DNA of 63,988 nt, the filler included, from Reticulomyxa filosa (lineage: Eukaryota > Protista > Foraminifera), in the NCBI GenBank assembly GCA_000512085.1. It is 14 parts of 14 records of this genome, joined end to end, with 100 filler letters (N's around TTAATTAATTAA, not from the genome) between each part and the next. Parts side by side here need not be neighbours in the genome. Positions count along the whole stretch, not along the records: positions 1 to 9,385 come from ASPP01036670.1; positions 9,486 to 21,453 come from ASPP01018207.1; 12 more parts are not named here. One strand, given 5' to 3'. A model generated the notes under the pieces. That model made no database searches, had not been told where the DNA came from, and saw only the letters and a list, made by a program, of their open reading frames with translations. Position numbers and translations under genes: made by a program. Below are positions 1 to 10,314 of this stretch, piece after piece; positions within the stretch are counted from its first letter, which is position 1, and each line of letters begins with the position of its first letter.

Positions 1-329
1 TCTGAAAACAGTATTTAGGGGGGATGAGAAATGGACAGGCGCACAACTTGCAGTTCAAAGTTTTTTTAAAAAAACGATCCTGCTTGAAAAAATATACAAT
101 GTGAATTCTCATGACATATTTTTAAACATGTGAAGTTTACAAAGTAAACAAAAATAGAAGAAATAATTAAGGAATAAAAAAAAAGGTTGACAAAACGGGG
201 AAAGGGAGACGAGGAAAAAAAAACAATTTTGAAATATTTCAACCATAAACTGTACCCACATGTACCCCTTTCAAATTGTTCCCCTTTTTTTCAACATCAA
301 AAGAAACTTTTTTTTGTCATTGTACTTTG

Positions 330-938
330 ATCTGGTAATCCGCGTTTGTTGAAATCCCCCCAGCACAAGCGGTCAAACTGTACAAGTCGGCTTTGGCAAT
401 ACTTTCAAGTACACAATAGTTGATTCCACTATACCTCCAATCCGGTCAAACAACAATTCTGGTGCAAGTAAACTAGCACTGCACAAGTTTAGTATTTTGT
501 CATCATGTATTCAAAAAATAAAAAAATCTTTTCTTTTTCCATACACTCGTCAGCAATGCAAAATTAAAACACTCGTGCACTTGCACAACTGTTGCTCTTT
601 CAAGTCTCGAATCAACTCGAATTCACTGCTAGTGTTTGAAAAGTGCAGCGGATAGTTTGCGAATCAAATGCTCAAAGTACTTGTTGACATAAATCAACAA
701 CGGCAACTTCCATTCGACTGATTGCATGACGCAACGCAAAGCAATCGTAGATGGGTACGCATTGTGTTATTCCATGTCCGCTGTCCAACACACAACTGGT
801 CAATCGTCCGGAAGTGTACAATGCCAACACTAGAGTCAGCGCAAAAAATAAGTCAGTTGAGTTAAATGCTTCAAAGAACGTTTTGGCCATTGACGCAAGA
901 TTACGAACATGATTATCTACATTTTCTGTCAACAACAC
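330..938 (-). pseudogene. Actin/Arp1-like pseudogene (frameshifted)
   Basis: ORF 672-938 has LALYTSGRLTSCVLDSGHGITQCVPIYDCFALRHAISRMEVA, matching actin [36 protein letters not shown]. Shifted frames continue SSEFELIRDLKEQ and APELLF...ESIAKAD. Several frameshifts and deletions. Confidence 0.85.
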
Positions 939-1062
939 TGGATACTACATTACATACTTTTTATGTATATTGTGTTATATACAACATAAATCAATATTTT
1001 TATTATTTATGTGACTAAATATATATTTATATATATATATATTTTTTTTTTTTGTTGAAATA

Positions 1063-1568
1063 GATACACAATTTGTTCCTGTTCATGTGACAAAAATATT
1101 AGAATATTGAATATTTAAAAATTGAAAGAATTTAATTTATTCAATAAACACTATTAACGAATTAGCTTCGTAAAATATGGAACAAATAAATTATTAAATA
1201 TTTGAATTATCAATCATATCATTTATTACAAATGGTGAATATGAAAAATCAAATACCCATTTAGAATATCCATTGAATAATTGGATTTGTTCACCGGATC
1301 GAATATCCCATAAACGAACAGTTTTATCATATGATCCAGATAAGATTGTATTATATGTTCTGGATCATATGATAATGTAATTCGTTTTTGGGATATTCGA
1401 TCAAATAAAAATGAATTATTTATTATTAAAGGAGATGATAAAGAAGATGGTGAAATAATTTGTTTTAAATTTATTAATTCAAAAATAAAGATAACACAAA
1501 TTCATGCCATATGTTTCATTATTTGTCTTATGGTTCGGTTAAAGGTCCAATTCGTATTTGGGAATAAT
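1063..1568 (+). pseudogene. WD40 family-B pseudogene (C-terminal part) carrying a 156-bp internal inversion
   Basis: Reads TICSCSCDKNIRI...VKYG...ICSGSYDNVIRFWDIRSNKNELFIIKGDD...YGSVKGPIRIWE*, homologous to 7600-8106. In-frame stops present; 1197-1352 reads as WD40 only on the minus strand. Confidence 0.85.
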
Positions 1569-2192
1569 CTTTTTTTTTTTTGAAAAAAATTTGTTTTTGC
1601 TGTTCATTCTTTTAATTCTCAAAATTAAGTATTTTTGAACAAAAAATTGCTTTAAAACCCTTTTTCTTGCAATTTTACAATCAATCAAAGAGCAAAAACT
1701 ATAAACAAAAAAGATATTTTAACTACATAATTGCATATCACCTATTTCTTAATCGTTTTTTCTAGCCATTTTACAACCAAAAAAAAGGAAGTACATCGAT
1801 GTTTGTTTAAACAACACAAAATACTTTTTAATCTTCGTAATCATCAATGTTATAGTTCGAAAAACATTGCTGTTAAAGATCTTTTTCTCTTCAAGACACA
1901 ATTGATAAAAGAAATTTTGCTTTGCTTTTTCTCGTTCTTTATTTCTACTTGCTTTCCTTGTCAAATGTGAAAAAAAATTAGTCTTGATATTATAATTTTG
2001 TTTAGAGATGTAACAAATAGAAACTCTTTTTACTCTCTTTTCAAAATCGCTATGTCAAGAAAAAACAAAAAATTGGTTTGTATTTATAATCACTTTAGAC
2101 ACAAAATAAATGCTTTTAAAAAAAGGATTACAAAAGTTCAACGTTTTTACTCTTTAAACCCATCAAGAGCTATAGTCAAAAAAAAAATTGAA

Positions 2193-3351
2193 ATGAGTAC
2201 TGCCAACAAAAAAAAGAGTACAACCCCACAGTTGGTAAGTTCTTTGATTTGTCGTAAAACTCAATTTATTATATTTTGTGCACAAACAAACAAACAAAAG
2301 TCTGAAACAGTAATAAAAATAATACTTCAAAACTGGCTTCGAAGTTTGAGTATTAAATTAGGATGGATTTATAATTTTGATAAAATCATTGCAAAATATG
2401 TTAAGTATTATTTTTTTTTATAAAGTAGAAATTTTTTTGCTTTGACGTTAATCACAATCATTAACATAGGCAAAATATTTTCAATTGTTAAAAATTTTTC
2501 AAGGACACGAAAGTATAGTAAGGAGTGTAAGATTTTCATTAGATGGTCGAAAAATAATTTCAGCATCAAATGATGAGACCATTCGAATATGGGATGTTGC
2601 GTCAGGACAACAAATCCAAACTTTCAGAGGGCATTCCAGTTGGGTCCATCTTGCGGAATATTCTCCGGATAAACGTACCATTGTTTCGTGTTCATATGAC
2701 AAAACAATTCGATTATGGGATGTAAAATCAGGAAAAGAAATAAAGAAATTGGAAGGGCATTCAAATATGGTATGGTGTGTAAACTTTTCTCCAAATGGTG
2801 GCGATATTGTATCATGCTCAACTGACAAGACAATACGATTATGGAATGTGGGCACTGGAAAAGAAATACAGCAATTTGTGGGTCATTCTGATACTGTATG
2901 TAATGTACAATATTCTCCAAATGGTCAAATGATTGTATCATCATCTGAAGATAAAACAATTGGTTTGTGGAATGTAAAATCAGGTGAGAGGATAAAAGAA
3001 TTAAAAGGACATTTAGATATTGTAACTTGTGCAAGATTTTCTCCAGATGGTCAATTCATTGTTTCTTGTTCATGGGATAAAACAATTCGAATATGGAATG
3101 TGGAAACAGGAAAAGAAGTAAAAATATTAGGAGGACATAGATATTTTGTTACTGATGTGAAATATTTTCCAGATGGTCAAACTATTATCTCTTGTTCGGG
3201 TGATAATACAAATCGTTTGTGGGATGTAAAATCAGGAAATGAAATACAAAGATTGGAACATTCAGATTTGATTAGATGTGTTGATGTTACATCAGAAGGT
3301 AACACAATTGTGTCTGGGTCTGGGGATGGCACAATTCGAATCTGGGAGTGA
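2193..3351 (+). CDS. 7-bladed WD40 protein (family A) with N-terminal box exon; exons 2193-2234, 2301-2399, 2470-3351
   Basis: Seven GH...WD repeats in ORF 2485-3351. GT-AG introns 2235-2300 and 2400-2469 join in frame. Exon 2 encodes IILQNWLRSLSIKLGWIYNFDKIIAKY. Confidence 0.9.
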
Positions 3352-3541
3352 CTAAGCAAATAATATTTTTTTTTAGAAGATGTTGTTAAGTGATTTGAAT
3401 TTCCATAAAAAAGATAAAGAATAATCTTTTTGACTAAATATTTCATTAAATAATAAGAATTTCGCAAATAAATAATTTCAACAAGCAAAGGAAATCCAAT
3501 AAGTTCAAAGTTTGATTTAAAAGAATAGTACAAATAGAGGA

Positions 3542-4682
3542 ATGTCTACTGCACTATCACAATTAGTAAGTCTTTATTCAACATTTTATGAATATAGTTA
3601 CCATTTATGGCTGCTTAACAAAAATAGTCAAAAAAAGAAATAAAACTAATAATCGAAAACTGGATTCGAACTTTGAATATCAGATTGGGATGGATATCTG
3701 ATTTTGATAAAATTGTTATTAAATATGTTAAGCAAAACTTTTTTTTTATAAATGAAGCAAAATGTTTGTATACTATTAATAATCAATTCTTGAATTACAG
3801 GCCAGATACTTTCAATTGTTAAAAGTTTTAGAGGGAGAGAACACAATCAACTGCGTAAAATTTTCACCAAATAGCAGTAAAATTGTTTCATCAACAAACA
3901 ATTCAGAAATTCAATTATGGGATGTTAAGTCTGGAAAACAAATCTACACTTTCAATGGACACTCTGGACCCATTTATATTGCAAAATTTTCTCCCGATGG
4001 AAATAGCATTGCATCGTGTGCATATGATGGCACAGTACGATTATGGAGTGTCGATTCAGGAGATGAAGTTATGCAATTCCGAGGACATTCAAATTGGGTA
4101 GGAGATGTTGATTTTTCTCCAGATGGTGAAAGAATTGTATCATGTTCAATTGATAAGACAATAAGATTATGGGATGTAAAGACGGGAAAAGAGATTCAAC
4201 AATTAATGGGCTATCTAAGTAGTGGTCAAAGTGTGCAATTTTCACCAGATGGTCAAATGATTGTATCCTCTTCTGTTGCCAATGTATTTGTGATTTGGGA
4301 TGTAAAATCAGGCGAACCAATGAGACAATTGATAGGACATTCTAATATTATAAGGAATGCAAAGTTTTCTCCAGATAGCAAATTTGTTGTGTCATGTGCA
4401 TATGATAAAACCATCCGAATATGGGAAGTAGCATCAGGAAATATAATAAAAGTATTAGAAGGACATTCAAATACCGTAAATGATGTGAAATATTTTTCAG
4501 ATGGTCAAACTATTGTATCTTGTGCCGACGACACAACAGTTCGATTGTGGGATGTAAAATCAGGTTCTCTGATACAAACATTGGAAGAACATAGTTCTTG
4601 GGTGTTAGGGATAGACATTTCACCATCTGATAATGCAATTGTATCATGTTCTAAGGACGACACAATCCGATTTTGGGAATAA
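3542..4682 (+). CDS. 7-bladed WD40 protein (family A), tandem paralog of 2193-3351
   Basis: Same exon layout (MSTALSQL|gtaagt; EIKLIIENWIRTLNIRLGWISDFDKIVIKY|gttaag...acag|ARYFQLLKVLEG) and seven WD repeats. Confidence 0.9.
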
Positions 4683-5449
4683 AAAAACTTGAACATAAAG
4701 AACTGAAACAAAATTAAATCTTCAATGGAATCGATATTACTTCATTTAAATCGAATATGTTCTTGTTTTGATATTATCTTTGAAAAAAACAAAATGCATT
4801 TGTTCATTATCTAAATAATCATAAAATATCGTATTACGACAAACAATACCGTTTCCAACAAAGAATCAGCCATATATTTTTAAAATTAAAAACAATGAAA
4901 AATTATATGTGAAATCGACAGCAAAAACAAAGAATAAATCCATATAAACTTTATAATTTTGTTCATGAAAATCAATATTTTTTCAAATTCTTTTAATAAT
5001 ATCTACATCATAGAGGATCCAAAATGTGTTTAGTTTTTAATAAAAGTGACCAAGAAACATAAAAAAATTATTAGAGTTAAGATCTTACTCTTTGTACTTT
5101 TTGTAAAACTTGCTGTAGATACTTTTAAAATTTGATCTTTAATGAAGAAAATTACAGTTTATCATAATTTTTTGGTTAATTTCCAAAAAAACGTAGTTTA
5201 AAGAGGGATTTTTTTTTTTTTTAAACAGGCAAAATTACTATATTTTTGAAAAAGAATAAATTTTTTTTATTTTTTTTAAAAATTATGATTGACAAAAGAT
5301 CTTTTAAAGACATTTTCTTTTTCTACAAAGTACTAAAAAAAAATACTGGCTTGTATTGAAAGCCAGTGCCTCTACCTTTGACAATTGTTACAGCAAACTT
5401 TTAATATTTTCTAAAAGATAGATGAAACAATGGTAATTACGGTCAAGAA

Positions 5450-6600
5450 AAATGGTCAAGTGCCACTTCTGCTAATTTTTGCTCGATGTTGGAGCCAATC
5501 AAGGCGACAATGAAAATGTGTAATTCTTTCGACAATTTGGGAAAGCTTGCGCCAAGAGTCGTGAATTTTTTCGGATTTCAACAATATTGAAAGGCACGGA
5601 TTGAAGGCCCTTGACAGTGTGTACGTAAAGAAAGTTGTCGTATACGTGGAAAATTTGATCTGTGCCAGGTAGCACAATGTGAGGAGTCGCCTCGGTACTG
5701 CCGGAATGATCGTATTGTCCGATAAACTCATGTGACTCCGACAAACAATCACACAACTTTAGAGCCATAATGGGACGAATTTTTCTGTCAAACATCACTA
5801 GTTTGTAAGGGCCAATGGAAATTATGGTGTCAATCACATTTGTGTTTTTGATCACCTTTCACAACCGTATAATCCCATCCGTGAGGAATAAACACGATCC
5901 ATAGAGCAGGAGCTGATTTGGGTACACTCTTCACGTGTCACTTTCCATACGGTCAATGGACTATGATAACATGCACCGACTACCAAGTAGTCTCTGGATG
6001 TTACTACGGGCATCCCTTCTGGACGATAATAAACCAGATTCGCTTTTGAAAATAAAATTTTTCCAATTAAACATCAAAAAAGGCAAAACCACCCCCAAGC
6101 TAAGGAGTTAGAGCCATCAATTGCAATCAAATTGTTTTCAAGTGATGTAATTGACATCCCAAAGGAAAACAGTATTGAGTAGTCATTGAAGAGCCTTTTG
6201 CAATAAAATTCTCGAATGTGTCATAGTCTCATGGTTTTGTCAGCGCTCGTTTTGTTACAAAATGGACTCTATCACTCAACAATGTAATTCTATACATCTC
6301 TTTTTCGTGTCCCCAAAATATCAATTCGTGAATGCATATAAACGATGCCCTTAGGTGCGTCAATAGTTCAATCACTCCGTTTTTTCTTCCTCCGAGAAAT
6401 TAAGTGCTTGAGTGCGGAACGATAATGTCCACTCTCGAATCACCATAACTACTTTTTAGTTTCAGTTTTGAAAATTTTTTACATAAACATTGTGTTAAAA
6501 TGCATAGTGTTCACAACAATCTGTCCAACACGCCACCAATCCAAATGTTTACCAATTTCGTCAGTGCAGTTTATCTGACCTTCCAAACACGTACATATAT
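5450..6600 (-). pseudogene. Degenerate coding-like region, family not recognised
   Basis: Higher GC than flanks and broken short ORFs (5499-5855, 5456-5752), with WD-like scraps (ADKTMRL*HIR, TVFLWDVN). Confidence 0.3.
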
Positions 6601-6869
6601 CAAATTGATGAAGTAGTAGATAAAAAAGTTGAATGTATTAAGTTTATAATAATTTTTTTTTTAAAAAAAGTTAGATAAGACAATTACAGTACCATTTTCT
6701 GGACCTTTGAAATATTTTACAATAAATGAAACAACAAACAACTATCTGAAGCATATATCTTTACAAAAAAAAAAAGGATAAAAGTAATAATAAAAATATT
6801 ATCAAAGTTCCATAAAAAAAATTCACTTAGATCTTGTTTTTTTTTTTAATAAATTGTACTTGAATATCA

Positions 6870-8106
6870 ATGGAACCAGTTAAAGAGAATATAGAAGTAG
6901 TCGTACAACACTGGATTCGAAAACTTCAAGTAAAATTTGGGTGGATTAATGAGTTTGACAAACTTATTGTCAATTATGTTAGTTCATTTGTTTTTTTTTT
7001 TTTTTAAAATAATAATAATATTCAAATGTTTATTTGACATAGGCATCTGTCTTCATGTTTAATACATTTTGTGCATCATCAAAATTAATTAATACATTCA
7101 CTGGACATACAGAAACTGTGTGGAGTATTGATTATTCAACATTTAATGATTGTCAATTCATTTGTTCTGGATCATGGGACAAAACAGTTCGTGTATGGGA
7201 TGTCGATAATAACAAACAAGTTCAATCATTTGATGGACATTCAGGATATGTTTATTGTGTGAAATTTTCATCATATCATTATCGTAATTATCATCAAAAT
7301 ATTATTTGTTCTTCATCTTATGATAGAACAATTCGTTTTTGGGACTTTAAACATAATACACAATTACAAACATTTAATAAACACACAAATAGTGTTTATT
7401 GTATTGAAGTTTCATCATTTAGTAGTGGTAGATATTTGTGTTCTGGATCTGGTGATAATTCAATTCGTTTATGGGATCTTGAAACATCAAAATCATTATA
7501 TTGTATAAATGGACATGAAAATAATGTTCGATGTATTGCCATTTCACCATTACAAATTGGTAATCATCAAATAAATAATATTGGTGTAATTGGTGGAAAT
7601 GGATATACAATTTGTTCCGGATCAAGTGATAAAACCATTCGAATATGGGATATCGAAAAAGCCAAACAATGTAATTTATTCAGTGGGCATGAAGAAAGGA
7701 TCAGTGTGTAAAATATGGATCAAATGAATTATTAAACACAATATTATCTGGATCATATGATAAAACAGTTCGTTTATGGGATATTCGATCTGGTAAACAA
7801 ATTCAATTATTCAATGGACATAAACGTTGGGTGTATGATGTTGAATATTCATCATTTGTAATAAATGATACAATTGGTAATTCAAATGTGATATGTTCTG
7901 GATCAACTGATAATACAATTCGTTTTTGGGATATTCGATCAAATAAAAATGAACTATTTATGATCAAAGGAGATGATACAGAAAATGATGGTATAATTTG
8001 TCTTAAATTTATTGAATTGAAAGCGAAAGAGAATAAAAAAAATCAAACATATTACATGAATTTGTGTTATGGTTCATTTAAAGGCCCAATTCATATTTGG
8101 GGATAA
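6870..8106 (+). CDS. WD40 family-B protein with box exon; 1-nt frameshift near 7705 (sequencing error or pseudogene)
   Basis: Exon ENIEVVVQHWIRKLQVKFGWINEFDKLIVNY, then intron 6978-7042, ORF 7055-7711, and a shifted-frame continuation VKYGSNELLNTILSGSYDKTVRLWDIRSG...GPIHIWG*. Confidence 0.85.
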
Positions 8107-8465
8107 AAAGTTTATTCAATTTTTTTTTTTATTGAATGCAAACATGTAAAGATGTGTTGTTCCATATTACTTTGTTTAAAAAATTCAAAAAGTTGCGTTC
8201 AATATTTTTTAAAAATTTCAAAAGAGCAGGAGAGCATGTTAATTTTACACGATTAAATTTTCAAAAAAAAAAAGTTCTCAAGTATTGGAAGTGAAAATAA
8301 GGACTGATTTTCGTTATGTTTTAAAAGTAGAATAAAAGTGCTGTGTGAAAAAAAAAATTCGATATTGGATGGAAAAACGTTGGAATGATTTTTACTCGAA
8401 GGACAAGAATTTTTAAAACAAGCAAAAAAAAAAAAAAAAAGGGTGTCTCAAGAGCAAAAAAAAGA

Positions 8466-9338
8466 CTAGTACCAACTGTCACCACTTTTCCAATGGCGAT
8501 AGGCCACCCTAATCCTATCAAAAACGTTGCTGATACGATTTAGCTTTGGTCTGGCATCAATGCTATAGACAAAGTCAACGGCGTCATCAGTGATAAAGTC
8601 TTGATAAAACGAAGACTGGGATGAGTTAGAATTGGCATGTTCGTTGTCAAGTTGTGGCGAAGATGAAGATGTAGGTTGAGATATAGATTGAGATTGAGAT
8701 TGAGATTGAGAATGAGGTTGGAACTGTGGTTGAAATGAAGAAGATTGATGAGAGTCAGAATCAGTCCTTGGGACAGGGACAGCATAATAGTCGATAATAT
8801 AAGTGACCTCTTTTCCACAGCGATCGACGGTCCAATCATGTCTGTCGTACGGCAAAGGCATGCCAAACCACCAATGAAAGAACTGTGCTTTTTTCGAATA
8901 AATGCCATCCTTGCCTTCAAACTTGGCCAGCTTTGGTGTCGCACACGTATGCTTATGCAAGTCTTCATATTCCAATATCGCCTGCCATGTTTGCGCCGTC
9001 ACCATTTGGTGCATTGTCGCCACGCTCGCCGCGTCGTTGTATTCGATCGGCTTGTTGCGTCGCGACAGCGCGTGGTACAACTGGTTCGCACTTGGGTTCA
9101 ACCACGCTTGTCCGTCTTCGCTGTTCCCACGTCCGGTGGATGGAATCTCTCCCTCCGGAACCGTGTCGTTCGTTGTCGGACCTTTCGTGCGGATCACTTT
9201 CGCCTTTGAGTGCGGACACACGTGGTCGGAAGTATCAGGAGGCTCTGATGACAAGGAGGTCTGAGAGGAGGATTTTGGCAATAACAAGGTGCCTCCACTT
9301 CTTGGACACACTTTTGGTGGTTCATCGTTCGATGACAT
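8466..9338 (-). CDS. HCCS: Holocytochrome c synthase (cytochrome c/c1 heme lyase)
   Basis: N-terminal CP motifs; WLNPS..QLYHAL.R; H....TW..IL; P.L.KF.G....S.KA; PYDRHDWTVDRCGKEVTYIIDYY; IDARP. Confidence 0.93.
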   Translation of the reverse strand: MSSNDEPPKVCPRSGGTLLLPKSSSQTSLSSEPPDTSDHVCPHSKAKVIRTKGPTTNDTVPEGEIPSTGRGNSEDGQAWLNPSANQLYHALSRRNKPIEYNDAASVATMHQMVTAQTWQAILEYEDLHKHTCATPKLAKFEGKDGIYSKKAQFFHWWFGMPLPYDRHDWTVDRCGKEVTYIIDYYAVPVPRTDSDSHQSSSFQPQFQPHSQSQSQSQSISQPTSSSSPQLDNEHANSNSSQSSFYQDFITDDAVDFVYSIDARPKLNRISNVFDRIRVAYRHWKSGDSWY

Positions 9339-9385
9339 GTCGACACAATTTGTGAATGATTGAAAGGGGGAACTTTTTTTTTTTT

Positions 9386-9485
9386 NNNNNNNNNNNNNNN
9401 NNNNNNNNNNNNNNNNNNNNNNNNNNNNNTTAATTAATTAANNNNNNNNNNNNNNNNNNNNNNNNNNNNNNNNNNNNNNNNNNNN
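9386..9485. other. Artificial contig spacer N44-TTAATTAATTAA-N44. Also at 21454, 27580, 30825, 32386, 39193, 41799, 44438, 46052, 52962, 54074, 57889 and 62245.
   Basis: Identical 100-bp structure occurs 13 times; the 12-mer places stop codons in all six frames. Confidence 0.98.
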
Positions 9486-10282
9486 AAAAAAAAAAAAAAC
9501 AATGTTACTCTAAAAACAATAAAGTAATTACACAAAAAAATGGAAAGAAAAGTGTTTTCCACAATAATGACGCACCAATCATGCAATTGGTAAAAATATA
9601 AAAGCCTCGTGATGAAATGAGACGGTTTCATCCATTCCAACGCTTGGTGCAACCCACCAATGTCGTTTGCTCCAATTAACCATCCATTTTCGTAAAGTGC
9701 AACGCACATAAGTATAACTGCACTATTTTGCTTCCACAAATCGCAATGAAATTGCGAAATGAAGGCAGCAATTTTCATGAATTGGTCAAAGTAAACGTGG
9801 ATATGTGCTTCACTTAATTCGTTCGAGCGTTTTATTTGTGCGATCAAATGCGAAAAGCTTTGTCCGGAACTTGCGTATCAAAAGCAAATCAAAAATGCAC
9901 ACGTTGTCCCTTATTTGATTTCTTTTAAAAAAAAAAACAACAACTCAACGTTTGACAATAGATGGCGGCCAAAGTAACAATGAATCGGGACAAAGACAAA
10001 TGGAGAGATATTTGGTCTCTGTCGACTCGAAAGAAATCAACCTCCACCACTTCTTGTTTTTCAAATGTTTTCAATACAACGATTGGAGGAGGGATCTTTA
10101 CTGGTTTCTCCCGAGTCTTTTCCTCTTCCTTTTCTTTAGTGTTGTGTACAACACTTTGTGATATTGACAACGTGGCATGGGTATTTATATTGTTATGATC
10201 ATGTACATAAATATCATTTCCATAAGCATCGTTCATATCGCTGTATTTGAGTTGATTCAATGCTCTCGTTACTGTCGCTGTA

Positions 10283-10314
<32 letters not shown>

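Noticed and set aside
9430-9441. Recurrent palindrome TTAATTAATTAA as a biological repeat or recombination site
   Set aside because: It is always centred in 44+44 Ns, so it is an artificial six-frame-stop linker.
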